DNA of 56,125 bases, filler included, from Stramenopiles sp. TOSAG23-6 (lineage: Eukaryota): NCBI GenBank assembly GCA_900128565.1. It is 2 parts of 2 records of this genome, joined end to end, with 100 filler letters (N's around TTAATTAATTAA, not from the genome) between each part and the next. Parts side by side here need not be neighbours in the genome. Positions count along the whole stretch, not along the records: positions 1 to 28,350 come from LT635978.1; 1 more part is not named here. One strand, given 5' to 3'. Below the pieces are notes generated by a model that was given only the letters and a program-made list of their open reading frames with translations, was not told where the DNA came from and searched no databases. How positions within the stretch are numbered: the stretch's first letter is position 1; every line of letters begins with the position of its first letter. Made by a program: the position numbers and the translations under genes. Shown here in pieces: positions 11,001 through 22,100 of this stretch.

Positions 11001-13377
11001 GGAAACAACGATGCATGCAATTGCAGTTGCAACCCAAAACAGCAAGGCTGAGGCAAAGGCGCGACGGAAACGAGCTAGGTGGCAGAGAAAGGCTGCCGCA
11101 GCATCTATCAAAATTCAAAAGGTCTATAGAGGATTTGTTGATAGAAAGACTGTCAAAGCTCTTTCCAAAAAACTAAATGAAGCAGCACCTTACATACAAA
11201 AAATTGTGCGAGGATATTTTGGCCGGATTAAAGCAAAGATAAGATTTGCTGAGGTTCAGGAACAGAAAAGGTTGGAACGATTACTTCGAAAGAAGGCATC
11301 CATTATTATTCAGAGTATTTGGCGTAGCTTTACAGCTCGTACAAATACAGGTATTCTATTTTCTATCAGTAAATTTGAAAATTATGTGCAGCTGTGTGGT
11401 GCAAATACTATTCAAAATGCATGGAGATGTCACCAAGCTCGACAAAAAAAAAGCAACCAACTCCGTTTATTTTTAGAAAAAATAATGCGTGAAAAGCGAT
11501 CAGCCACAATCATTGCCAATACTTGGAGAGGTTACAAAGCGAAAGGCATCATGAAAATAATGCGAAATAGGTATCGTAGGAAGCGCAAGAGGAGGGCATT
11601 GAAGATACAGACATGGGGAAGAAGGATGATAGCAAAAAGGTATGTACAAAAGCGTAGAATGAAGTATAATGCTGCAGCACCACCAATACAGAGGTCCTAT
11701 CGTTGTTACAAAGCAAGGGAAATATTACGCATTCTCTCGGCAGCTAAAATTGCACGTGATAAATTGGTTTTAGCATCAACATATATGATCCAAAATGCTT
11801 GGCGCTGCTACAAAGCGAAATCAGTTGCTAATGTGATTAGGTGGAAAATATGGATGGAAAAGCAAAGATTAAATGCCGCTATAAGGACACAAGCTAGTTT
11901 CCGTCGATATCGTTGTCGCCGCAAAATATTAGCTCGAAAGATCGTATTACAGCACGAAAATATATTTCGAGACCGCAATGCATTAAGAGAATCTCGAATA
12001 AACTCGTTGCGAATCAATGGAGCTGCAATATTAATTCAGCATTGGTTCAAATGCTATCTTGAGCGACGATACACCTTGCAGAAAATCACTTGGCTCAAAG
12101 AGGAAGCTATATTGACAATTCAGAAGTATGCACGAGGGTTCATTTATCGCACTGCATATAAGATAAAGCTTGCAAAATGGCTTCGAGCAATCACAAAACT
12201 CCAGAACTGGCGTCGCGCAAAAAGAGCCCAGCGTATGCTCCAAGACTTGATTAATATTGCTATCCGAAAATATATTGATGAACAGATGGAGCTTCAGGAC
12301 ACGTTGACAGAGTTCTTGTTATTACAGAAAAAAAAACTTAGTAAGAACGATTTTGAAAACGACATGGCTGAAAGAATTCAAAGAATGGTTCGTTCTTGGA
12401 TGGCACGCACAATAAATGATCGGGCAGATCGAGAATATATCTTACAGGAGGAAGCACGTCGCAAGGTCCCTATAGTATTATCAATTTGGAATTCAACTAA
12501 AGCGACATATTCTAAACGAAAAAAAACATTAGAAAGGAAGAAGCTATTAGAGGAAATGACGGAAGCGGATCGAGAGAAATTTCTTTTGCGCGAGAAAGAA
12601 AAGAAAGAAGAAAAAATAAGAGAAGACATTGCTAGGAAAGCGCGGATTCTTGCAAGAGCTCGAGACAAGGAAGCCAAGCGAATATTGCGCATTGCTGAGA
12701 GAACACACAGAGAAGCTATCAAAGAAGCAAAAGTTAAGTTTGATCTCGCTGAGCAATATGAATACATCTGCGAGCAATCTGTAGAAGCGACACAGAAGAT
12801 TTGTGATGCTGCTCCTGGTAAGTTCCAATTGGCATCTTCAAAACTTGATGAGTGTAAGAAGTTACTAAAGAAAGCGAAGGGATTGGAAAAGCGCCCACTT
12901 AATGAACAAAAAATGGAACTTGAAGAAGCCTACAAACTTGCAAAGGAAGCAATTAAATCTACACGATTGGCTGCCAAGAAAGCGCGGCTTAATCTCATCA
13001 AAGCAAAAAAAGATGTAGTTATAATGGAGCTTGAGTTAGAAGTAGTTGTTCGCGACACTGAAGAAAGAATGGAAATCATAAAGAAAACGGCAAGTGATGT
13101 ACGTACTGGTGCTATAAGTGCAAAGAAAGCAGCAAAAAAGAAAATAATTCGATCCCCCTCTTCGTCGCCTATTGCAAATCGGAAAAAAATTTCCAAGAGC
13201 CAGGTAAATGAAAGACTCAAACAAAGAAAGAAACAGAAAGATGATACCGAACAACAAGAAGAAGTTTGTGAGGAATCAAATAGACAAAGTATGGAATCGC
13301 ATAGAATGAGTTCCGTCGATGAGAAAGAGGGGAAAACTACTAGTGTTTCTAGCAATAGTTGGACACTAGGTAGGTAA
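8077..13377 (+). CDS. Large protein with cysteine-containing (FBXL/AMN1-type) LRRs, multiple IQ motifs and a C-terminal coiled coil
   Basis: Repeats of L..L.L..C..ITD.G; many IQxxxRGxxxR motifs; 1766-aa uninterrupted ORF. Confidence 0.85.
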   Translation: MEMTPEDDEKKGVLEVSSIPGPKSRMEENTEYIDVSSTEITSVMNNEMHISVDGSKVSVSNHPTSKPAGKRNVGKHNNNSNNYSSKYTEIRPVTMTPDANDLIIPKNTINMYDDEMQLTKIQDNEEKGDEHKLDIFAIPKKKKGKSLHKTVGGRYRAISSVHYLHCLSSSPSTQALRPDQISIKRKTTIFPRIEVKLGHSTALLNELLNLSDTKNSHNRKTRTRKKKNQSKKTNRVTKSTSYGSGTKRTMKISDYPDFPRRLMYQDSAELYPQLSLDLTDWGCGDDVLYLVSRAGKRRIKKGGVILPQLSDLEGHNTILTSLVINGSGACRNSNKTTNVGISHLNACQALQKITLSNLPYITEKAFFHIRATHAFLTEVILDNCQSVGDKAIIHLMTGCRRLNKLELRNLGGITDEGLAAIAIRPPPPDIEVVSGGDDVNMKHSKPTDDYFKKPVFHAITELVIANCPSVSDKGISDMFAGSSLKHLKVLKLIKLTKLTDLCLMGLIRGESACQTIVALKALTISCVPITSSGLAWIATGCPQLTYLDICGSDRVDDIGISKLGEHCLQLQTLNLNGLKLISDDGIRNMLRNVHCLTSLDISDMPRITDEGILAVSRYCPDLKKISIVGINKLTDLSMCALGGGCTALTDLNISGRGPQVAQNVGIRALYGSPRLTDNAIIALAIGARSLKTLDLSGLASLTNSTLSAIARYCKDISILILAGCTEITDTGIIEIIESCSALRTLNLSYCGKITDVTLAAIGRGCRSETYENGKMEVSFEPILLENLILNCCGKITDIGMIRLVGDNSPSVPTSNLTRLVPQISHPLQNEEVSRGCRTLTMISFKTCPLLTDFTLLVIGRSLIELKTLDISFCDFMTLQGLHSLFPSGNGVCKYLNSIKFWGCFHITAKKYSARLDTAAEEWVAMGRLHKDRKKICPLPNQASLEKQISFEKLVQNELAAAKIIQNEYVKYRRRKETTMHAIAVATQNSKAEAKARRKRARWQRKAAAASIKIQKVYRGFVDRKTVKALSKKLNEAAPYIQKIVRGYFGRIKAKIRFAEVQEQKRLERLLRKKASIIIQSIWRSFTARTNTGILFSISKFENYVQLCGANTIQNAWRCHQARQKKSNQLRLFLEKIMREKRSATIIANTWRGYKAKGIMKIMRNRYRRKRKRRALKIQTWGRRMIAKRYVQKRRMKYNAAAPPIQRSYRCYKAREILRILSAAKIARDKLVLASTYMIQNAWRCYKAKSVANVIRWKIWMEKQRLNAAIRTQASFRRYRCRRKILARKIVLQHENIFRDRNALRESRINSLRINGAAILIQHWFKCYLERRYTLQKITWLKEEAILTIQKYARGFIYRTAYKIKLAKWLRAITKLQNWRRAKRAQRMLQDLINIAIRKYIDEQMELQDTLTEFLLLQKKKLSKNDFENDMAERIQRMVRSWMARTINDRADREYILQEEARRKVPIVLSIWNSTKATYSKRKKTLERKKLLEEMTEADREKFLLREKEKKEEKIREDIARKARILARARDKEAKRILRIAERTHREAIKEAKVKFDLAEQYEYICEQSVEATQKICDAAPGKFQLASSKLDECKKLLKKAKGLEKRPLNEQKMELEEAYKLAKEAIKSTRLAAKKARLNLIKAKKDVVIMELELEVVVRDTEERMEIIKKTASDVRTGAISAKKAAKKKIIRSPSSSPIANRKKISKSQVNERLKQRKKQKDDTEQQEEVCEESNRQSMESHRMSSVDEKEGKTTSVSSNSWTLGR

Positions 13378-13462
13378 ATAGTTAATCATAATAAAATAAA
13401 CAAAAATATACTGTAAAAAATAAATTCATAATTTTGTAGTCTTGAACATTTTATATAATCTG

Positions 13463-14281
13463 TCATATTCTTGGAACCACATCACTGATTAATGTATCAC
13501 TATTTGCTAATCCTTCTACGATAACTCCATTATATTCCTTTATACGTTGAATAACCCATTCTTCAACACTCGGTTTTTCAGAACCTCCAGAAGAAAGTGG
13601 TAATTCAGAGTGCTCGAACTCTTGACTCACTCGATCCATCTCAACGAAACTTACACGCGAAAGCACTTTAGACTTGGAAAACAAGCTAGCAAACTTTATC
13701 AACGCATTGATAAATACTCTCTTTATAAAGCTTGCACCAACAATAAAGATATTTTTTGGTCGGAGAGGCAAACTTTGCCATGTTTTCTGGAGTTTCCTTT
13801 CATTACCTACTTTTGAGATTGAAGATTGCTTGCTTGTATCAATTACAAATGTACAACCATTTCTTAATGTATAAATATCAGAGTGTACTGCCATCCAATA
13901 CATTATTCCAGCGTGTACAACTGTCTTTTCCTCGGATATTGGGTTCGGCTTCGACGCAGATATCCACATAGTTGATCGTCCAGATTTATCTAAACCACAA
14001 ACTTCATAATTCTCTGACCACTTTTTCCCTAGTTTCTGCTGAAGTACCGAATCCTCATCGTATAAGTCATTCATCTGCAGGTCATATTCCTCAAGAATAC
14101 GAAGGAATTCTTTATATTTTTCTACCGCAGTGTCAACCCTTAACTTGGATAGAGTAGTCACTAGAGCAATTTCTCGAGCACGTACTACATCATTTGGTAC
14201 TTCTTTGTCAGCCAGCAGAGTATTGGCTACATTCTTGAAACATGCTTTTTCTTCATCATTAAATGAACTCTCCAAAGACAT
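13463..14281 (-). CDS. CRAL-TRIO (Sec14-like) lipid-binding domain protein
   Basis: GLDKSGR, GCTFVID, SLPLRPKNIFIV, LPLSSGG motifs. Confidence 0.8.
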   Translation of the reverse strand: MSLESSFNDEEKACFKNVANTLLADKEVPNDVVRAREIALVTTLSKLRVDTAVEKYKEFLRILEEYDLQMNDLYDEDSVLQQKLGKKWSENYEVCGLDKSGRSTMWISASKPNPISEEKTVVHAGIMYWMAVHSDIYTLRNGCTFVIDTSKQSSISKVGNERKLQKTWQSLPLRPKNIFIVGASFIKRVFINALIKFASLFSKSKVLSRVSFVEMDRVSQEFEHSELPLSSGGSEKPSVEEWVIQRIKEYNGVIVEGLANSDTLISDVVPRI

Positions 14282-14436
14282 CTTTCTTAATTATTCTATT
14301 GTTGACTAATAGTTACAAGATTCTTCTTCAGCTAATCCTAAAATTTAATCTAATCGTAAGCTTCGTGTGTGCAAGGGTGTGTTCCTCCTCAGTTGAGTTG
14401 ACTGACTGTTGTGAAATCGAAAATCATCAGCTGATC

Positions 14437-14815
14437 ACACGGGGCGACGAAAATATAGAAAAAAGTCCAAAAATAAGAAATCGAAAAATTGGCCTAATTT
14501 GCTCAAAGCTGAGAGATTTTCTTATTCCTTTCAGATTTGAGGTGGGGCACATAGCTGGAGCTTAAATCTGAAAGGAATAAGAAAATCTCTCAGCTTTGAG
14601 CAAATTAGGCACATTGTGCATTTTTGGCATTTTGGAAACTTCATGCTAAATTTTTAGAAATTTCATGAAACTTTTGAATTTTTGGAACTGGTACCGGGTA
14701 ATTATTGAAATTTGTCCATTTTTTTTGGAAACATGGAAAAAATTGGACAAAATTTCGCCAAAATATTTCGTGTTCTTATTTTTGGACTTTTTTCTATATT
14801 TTCGTCGCCCTGTGT
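14437..14815. mobile_element. MITE-like fold-back element with 43-bp terminal inverted repeats and an internal 47-bp perfect hairpin
   Basis: 14437-14479 is the reverse complement of 14773-14815 (1 mismatch); 14492-14538 is the reverse complement of 14564-14610 with a 25-nt loop; no coding capacity; no clear TSD. Confidence 0.65.
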
Positions 14816-15244
14816 CATCGATCTTGATCTGAATTTTTATTTTCTACCCAGTGGGTATTTAGTATTAATACCTGTGGGGTACTGTTCGGCAAGCGTTTCA
14901 TATATCTCTATCTAAAACAAAACAGTACAATATCAAAATATCAAAATATCAATATAAATATTCTAAAACAAAAAATTACAATAATTTGCTCGGAATAAAA
15001 ATCCATAAATGTTAATTTATTATACAATCACAAGACTATAGTTCAAACAAAGTCCTAATCTACATCTTATTTATAATATCATTATGATATTATCGAAAAT
15101 AATAAATAAAAAAAACATTCTTTTTATCAGTAAATATTTTTTCTTAGAATGAGAGAATCCAAATAAAAATAACTAGAATCAAAGAAATTTTTAAAACAAG
15201 ACTCCAATCCTAAAAAAATATACAAACATCACTCTCATTATCAG

Positions 15245-16603
15245 TTATAACCGATAATTTGCTGCTAAAGCTGCCAACAATAGAACAGCAAGAGGCACTA
15301 GGTATATATGTTGATGAATTACATGGGTAATGCGTCCTAGAGCAGTCGGAGGTAATTGGAAGTCAGTGTGAATGTTACTGAATCGTTGACGAATTTCCTC
15401 TGGAATTGATAGTTGGTTGTTGTTCAAGTTCAAAGTCCAAAGTTTTCTTAGTTGACCAATTTCCGTTGGAATTGAACCAGATAGGTTGTTACAATTCAAG
15501 TACAATTCTTTGAGATTTGTTAGTTTACCAATTGTAGCAGGAGGTATTGAGCCAGTTAGTTCATTGTTGTTCAAATGCAATTCTTCGAGATTTGTTAGTT
15601 TACCAATTTCACTCGGAATTGAACCAGATAGTTTGTTGCTGTACAACCACAATGTTTGGAGATTTGATAGTTGACCAATTTCTTTTGGTATTGGACCAGT
15701 TAGGTTGTTCATATACAAGTACAATTTTTCGAGATTTGTTAGTTGACCAATTTCTTTTGGAATTGGACCAGTTAGTTTGTTATCAGACAAGCTCAAATCT
15801 ACGAGCTTTGTTAGTTGACCAATTTCTTTTGGAATTGGACCAGATAGTTGGTTTCTTCCCAACTTCAATTCTTCAAGATTTGTTAGTTGACCAATTTCCT
15901 TTGGAACTGAACCAGATAATTTGTTGCTTTGCAAGAGTAATTTAGTAACACTTCCTTCAGTACACGTAACTCCCCCCCATTCACAAATATCTGCATCTGT
16001 TTTCCAATTTGTCTTACGCCTCCAACCATCTCCATTTGTACTATCATACAATATAGTTAGAGCTTCTTTTTCCAATAAATTACGATGTTTCACTTCTACA
16101 CGGCTTAACCATTCGGCACAGGTTTCGGTTTCATTCCTTGTAAGGGTGGTTGTTTCTACGTTGAGGCGAACAGAACTTTCAAAAAACATTCTGAAAATTC
16201 CTTTAACACGGTCATACCACTTCCATAAAGATTCATTTGGGGTTTGTTTAGTAAGTTCTTTCATTCGGTCTTCAGTGGTTTTTCCTCCGAAATTTTCGAC
16301 AACTTTCATTAGTAAGTAATCTGCTTCATCCTTAACCTTTTTACTGGTATGCTGATGTATCACAGCATTTGCAGTGGACAGAATCATTCTTTCAGATGGA
16401 GTAAGAAATTCACTCAGAGGGCGCATAGCAGAGTCTGTGAATTTTTGCGCACCGACGTCTTCATTTGCGAGACGATTAGCAGCACGTGTTGGATTAGTGG
16501 GAGAGGCGTTTCCCTCACGGAGGAGATGTTGTGAAGCATTGACAAGAGTAATCAACATGAATAACGACAACATAGAAGTGTATCGAGTGAGTAAGATTGT
16601 CAT
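15245..16603 (-). CDS. Secreted/membrane-anchored LRR protein, plant-specific 24-aa LRR type, 8 repeats
   Basis: Hydrophobic N-terminus, N-cap ALTILYDSTNG..W..CEWGGVTC, LxxLxLxxNxLSGxIPxEIGQLxx repeats, hydrophobic C-terminus. Confidence 0.85.
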   Translation of the reverse strand: MTILLTRYTSMLSLFMLITLVNASQHLLREGNASPTNPTRAANRLANEDVGAQKFTDSAMRPLSEFLTPSERMILSTANAVIHQHTSKKVKDEADYLLMKVVENFGGKTTEDRMKELTKQTPNESLWKWYDRVKGIFRMFFESSVRLNVETTTLTRNETETCAEWLSRVEVKHRNLLEKEALTILYDSTNGDGWRRKTNWKTDADICEWGGVTCTEGSVTKLLLQSNKLSGSVPKEIGQLTNLEELKLGRNQLSGPIPKEIGQLTKLVDLSLSDNKLTGPIPKEIGQLTNLEKLYLYMNNLTGPIPKEIGQLSNLQTLWLYSNKLSGSIPSEIGKLTNLEELHLNNNELTGSIPPATIGKLTNLKELYLNCNNLSGSIPTEIGQLRKLWTLNLNNNQLSIPEEIRQRFSNIHTDFQLPPTALGRITHVIHQHIYLVPLAVLLLAALAANYRL

Positions 16604-17046
16604 GATATGTTTTTCCAATCAAAAGTAATACCTTTATGTTTGTACTAATTAGTTACACGAGAACTTCGCATCGATCATGAAAGAGTCAGCGTCGACGTCA
16701 GCTGACCAAATTTAACACGAAATCTCATAAATTCCTACTATCAAAATATCAATCTAAAAATTCTAAAACAAAAAAAATTACAATAATTTGCTCGGAATAA
16801 AAATCCATAAATGTTAATTTATTATACAATCACAAGACTATAGTTCAAACAAAGTCCTAATCTACATCTTATTTATAATATCATTATGATATTATCGAAA
16901 ATAATAAATAAAAAAAACATTCTTTTTATCAGTAAATATTTTTTCTTAGAATGAGAGAATCCAAATAAAAATAACTAGAATCAAAGAAATTTTTAAAACA
17001 AGACTCCAATCCTAAAAAAATATACAAACATCACTCTCATTATCAG

Positions 17047-18639
17047 TTATAACCGATAATTTGCTGCTAAAGCTGCCAACAATAGAACAGCAAGAGGCAC
17101 TAGGTATGGACGTTCATCTATATGTTCATATATTACACGGCCAATACGTCCTAGAGCAATCGGAAGTTCGTGGAAGTCAGTCTCAATGTTACTGAATCGT
17201 TGACGAATTTCCTTTGGAATTAATAGTTGGTTGTGATTCAAGGTCAAAAGATCGAGATTTGTTAGTTTACAAATTTCCGTTGGTATTGAACCAGATAGTT
17301 GGTTATGTGACAGTTGTAACCAATCTAGATTTGATAGTTGGCCAATTTCTTTTGGAATTGAACCAGATAGATTGTTGTTGTGCAAGTTCAAATCTTCAAG
17401 ATTTGTTAGTTGACCAATTTCCATTGGAATTGAACCCGATAGCTTGTTGTTGTACAATTCCAAAGTTTTGAGATTTGATAGTTGACCAATTTCGGTTGGA
17501 ATTGAACCAGATAGTTGGTTACGATACAAGTACAATGCTTTGAGATTTGTTAGTTGACCAATTTCCGTTGGAATTGGACTAGATAGTTTGTTTTCGTTCA
17601 ACGACAATCTTTCGAGATTTCTTAGTTGACCAATTTCCTTTGGAATTGAACCAGTTAGTTTGTTTTCGTGCAACAACAATTTTTCGAGCTTTGTTAGTTG
17701 ACCAATTTCTTTTGGTATTGAACCAGATAGTTTGTTGCGATTCAAGCGCAATTCTTTGAGCTTTGTTAGTTTACCAATTTGATTTGGAATTGGACCAGTT
17801 AGTTTGTTATCAAACAAGTACAATGCTTTGAGATTTGTTAGTTGACCAATTTCTTTTGGTATTGAACCAGTTAGTTCGTTGTTTTCCATGTTCAATTTTT
17901 TCAGATTTGTTAGTTGAAAAATTTCAGTTGGTATTGAACCAGATAGTTGGTTGCTAAACAAGTACAATTCAGTAACGCTTCCATTAATACACGCAACTCC
18001 CTCCCATATACAAATATCTGCATCTGTCTTCCAATTTGTCTTACGCCTCCAACCATCTCCATTTGTACTATCATACAATAAAGTTAGAGCTTCTTTTTCC
18101 AATAACTTACGATGAATACTTTCTACACGTTGTAGCCATTTGTCACAGGTTTCGTTTTCTTTTTTTGCGAGGGTGGTTGTTTTTTCTTTGAAGCGTTCCA
18201 AACTTTCAGAAAACATTCTGTGAATGCTTTTCACACGGTAGAGCCACTTCAATAAAGGTTCATCTTTGGTTTGTTTGGTAAGTTCTTTCATTTGAATTTC
18301 CACTTCTTCAGTGGTGTTTCCTCCGAATTTTTCGACAACTTTCATTAGTAAGTAATCTGCTTCATCCTTGACCTTTTTACTGGTATGCTGATGTATCACA
18401 GCATTTGTAGTGGACAGAATCATTCTTTCAGATGGAGTAAGAAATTCACTCAGAGGGCGCATAGCAGAGTCTGTGAATTTTTGCGCACCGACGTCTTCAT
18501 TTGCGAGACGATTAGCAGCACGTGTTGGATTAGTGGGAGAGGCGTTTCCCTCACGGAGGAGATGTTGTGAAGCATTGACAAGAGTAATCAACATGAATAA
18601 CGACAACATAGAAGTGTATCGAGTGAGTAAGATTGTCAT
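17047..18639 (-). CDS. Secreted/membrane-anchored LRR protein paralogue, 11 repeats
   Basis: First ~110 aa nearly identical to the 15245-16603 gene; more and different LRR units. Confidence 0.85.
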   Translation of the reverse strand: MTILLTRYTSMLSLFMLITLVNASQHLLREGNASPTNPTRAANRLANEDVGAQKFTDSAMRPLSEFLTPSERMILSTTNAVIHQHTSKKVKDEADYLLMKVVEKFGGNTTEEVEIQMKELTKQTKDEPLLKWLYRVKSIHRMFSESLERFKEKTTTLAKKENETCDKWLQRVESIHRKLLEKEALTLLYDSTNGDGWRRKTNWKTDADICIWEGVACINGSVTELYLFSNQLSGSIPTEIFQLTNLKKLNMENNELTGSIPKEIGQLTNLKALYLFDNKLTGPIPNQIGKLTKLKELRLNRNKLSGSIPKEIGQLTKLEKLLLHENKLTGSIPKEIGQLRNLERLSLNENKLSSPIPTEIGQLTNLKALYLYRNQLSGSIPTEIGQLSNLKTLELYNNKLSGSIPMEIGQLTNLEDLNLHNNNLSGSIPKEIGQLSNLDWLQLSHNQLSGSIPTEICKLTNLDLLTLNHNQLLIPKEIRQRFSNIETDFHELPIALGRIGRVIYEHIDERPYLVPLAVLLLAALAANYRL

Positions 18640-19147
18640 GATATGTTTTTCCAATCAAAAGTAATACCTTTATGTTTGTACTAATTAGTTACACGAGTGT
18701 GCGCATTGCAGGCTCGCTGAATTGATTTGAACGAAATTTAAAGTCAGCTGACCTTTTAGGTAAGAAATTTTCTACCAAATCAAAAATCAAAGGCTAACTA
18801 GAATCGGATCTGAAAGTTGTAACAGTTACTGCTTAGAATAACCCTAGGTACCAGTACTGCGCCACTCAATACAATAATGCCTCTCGAAGGAGTCGTTATA
18901 TTATTATTATTCTGAATTGCAGTTTTCTAAAAATGTATACAGTGTTCTACGTACAAAAAAGATACGTAGAACGCTGAATGTATAGTAATATGTAAAGCAT
19001 TAAAAGAAATATAATACATCTTAAATTAAATTCGTTTATTTAACTGTACACTGTACACATTGTAAAAGTATATAGATCTAAATTGTACCTATCATAATTA
19101 TTAAGTTCTCACATCCTTCTAGAATAAATTATAAACATCAAAGATCA

Positions 19148-22100
19148 TTAATGTTGGCTTGACTTTGAAATTTCTCGGAGTCTTCGTCTTGCTCCCGACG
19201 GTAGGCGCAAAGCTCCACCTCTACTTTCAACAGGAAGCATTGTTAAAGCAAGAACTGCTGGCGGACCCGCTGATGCAACTAAACGGCGCCAGTTTCCATA
19301 GGGCATCTCACGTTGCAGCGGTGGAGCATCTTTACCACGCGCTACTTCAATCTCATCTAGAAGACTAGAGAGAAGTTTTGGAGGGATTCCAAAGTGAGCA
19401 GCATCAAAGTGAATAATTTTGGTTTTAGTATCATCCCGGATACCATTTTTATTACTTTCAGTCGAATCACTCAAAACATTTGATGCCTCAGCCACCAAAG
19501 CAGCAGCGGCAATATTTACAGGTAAGACCCCAACACTGCGCTTTTTAGAGGTCAACCCAGCGGGGCTTGCACCTGTTACCTCTACAGCAGATAGCAAGAG
19601 TGAGAGCCAATCACGACGCTCTGAACGCGGTGTATAGTGAGAAATATTTTCATTGCATTCAAAAGAAGAATTCATATTTTGTTTGGATGAAACTGGAGGA
19701 CCAATCAGCCCAAGACGGACAATAACAAGTTGTATTTTCCCACGAGCTGTATTTTGGAAAAATATTTGAAAAAAAACGTTAGGTACAAAATTTCGTACGA
19801 AAAAAATATCGAATTTGAAAAAAAATAAAACATACATGCTGCAGCAGCAAAGAGATGTTCAGCAACCATTTTACTACGGGCGTATCCACTACCTAAAGAC
19901 ATTGCACATGATGATGGAACCAATGAGTCAACTGGGTCTCTCCAGTCTGCTACTTTCGCTGCCGCGGCAACTGGAATCACACTCATAGTAGATACAAATA
20001 CAACAAGTGGTTTTGTATACTTGCTAATGTAATTGTTGTTCTTATTTACATTGATTGCTCGCGAGGAACTTGGAGATATGAGGTCAACTAGAGCTGCAAC
20101 AGAGGCAACATTAGTTGCACGAAGTGAATTATAGGGTCGAGCATGATCAACTGATGCACCGCTATGTAAAACAGCGCCAAAGTGCATTGCCTGAATGGTT
20201 GAGAAGTCAGATGTTGAAAGACCAAGTTGAGGTTTTGACAAATCATATTCAAACACAAGCAAACGACCAGACGTTTTTGCTTCATTCGTTGCACAGCTTT
20301 TACAAATACGATCAAGTGGGCTACGCGTCAAAACTACTATGGTTTTCCATGAATTATTCAAAATTGCATCAAGAAGATGAGGACCAAGGAATCCAGTGGC
20401 TCCAGTGAGAAGTATACAGGGTGATTTTACTTCATTATTGCTTACACATACTTTTTCTACTGGAACCTTTTGAAGAGCTTGCCAAGCAACATCGAAAGAA
20501 ACCTCCTCTTTCCAAAATATGGTAGATTCCGTCTTGGTAGATTCCGTCTTGGGTATGCACTGCGCATCGATGTTATCAAAGTTTGACTGCTCAATTGCTT
20601 GCACAGTATCATTCTTGAAAGAATGGATGTAAAACTGCGCCTTTCTTCGAAGATCCCAGGGTAAGAGGGCATATATATCCCTCACGGAAATCCTTTCAAT
20701 AGACATTGAGGTTGAATTTCTTATATATTGTTGATCCCAAGCAGCTACAAGTAAAGTTGCAGCAATACTGTCACCACCTAATAATGTCCACCATTCTCCA
20801 GGATCTAATTCCTTGGAATTTACCAAGGCTTCAGGTAATAACTTTATTGCCTCTTTATCAGTTTCTGCTACTAAAAACGCTAATATTCTTTCGACTACAT
20901 CATTACTACCATGATCTATATTGTTACTAATGCTTGAGTTCACTGTTGACGTTGTCGTTGTAGTAATGATACCTGGGTGTCGACTTGCAATAACATTTCG
21001 CCTGAGCTTTCCATGAGAAGAACAACAGCCACTTGTCTCATCCCACGGACCACTGTCAATCGAAACACGATCAGGACACTCCCAACTTCTTAGTCCAGCT
21101 TCAGATGCTGCTAATCTCATTTCTCTAATAATTTTACGAGCTACATCAGCTGTTGTTTTTACCGGGACCTCGTTTTGTTTTACTGTAGAAATGCTCGTAT
21201 TTGCAACAATGACAATAGCAATTGGTTTCACATCACCAGGTCTTGCAATTAGCACACAACTTTCGATAGAGGGACAGTGCTCTTCATATACCCATTCCAC
21301 AGTCTGCGGTGAAAAAAATTCACCATTATCTAGTTTGACGGTAAAGCTAACACGTTCACAAACTTCTAGAAGTTTTCGTTCTGGTTCATTCTCATTTCCA
21401 GGGCGAACAATCCAACGACCAAGGTCTCCAGTATGGAACCATCCAGCAGCATCCAATACCACTGCATCGGTGCCTCCATTTTGTAAAGGTTTCTTCACTA
21501 GAATCTCACCTAAATCATCCCGGTATTTGTGTTTTAACAACTTGATATGTACACCTTTCAGTGGAACACCATCGCGTGTAATGCCACCAATTTCAGTCAT
21601 GGCATATCCATTCGAAACAACAGCGTTACCACCGCCTTTACCACCTTTTCCAAAACATTTTCGAAGAAAATCTAATAATGGTGGAGGAACAACTGCACCA
21701 CCAATAGCCACTAGTCGAAGACGAGATCCACCAAGACGCCGAATTATTCCAAAAGCAGTTGTTGTAGCTTTTTCAACAGTTTTACTTTCTTTACATAAAT
21801 TATGTAACTCGATTTCATACCGACGTTGATATAGAGAATAGAAGCGCGGTGCTGCTGAGAGTGTGGTTGGTGCAATAGCAAAGATCTGATCAAGAATATC
21901 TATTTCTCTACACTTATTATCGCTTTTTCTATCACTAGTACCTCTCGGATTTGTTTCACTATTATTAGATATATTACTATTACTATAACACACACCGCGA
22001 GTATTACAAAGGCCAAGACGCCCGCCATGTAGCAACTCACCCCATGACGTTCTACGAGCTAACGCATGAGACAATGGTGCAAATAGTGCAGCACAAGATA

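Larger units (their letters stand above)
14940..18697. repeat. Tandem segmental duplication (~14940-16661 and ~16740-18697) carrying the LRR gene
   Basis: Near-identical 3' flanks and 5' ends (both units end in AGTTACACGAG) around divergent LRR cores. Confidence 0.9.
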
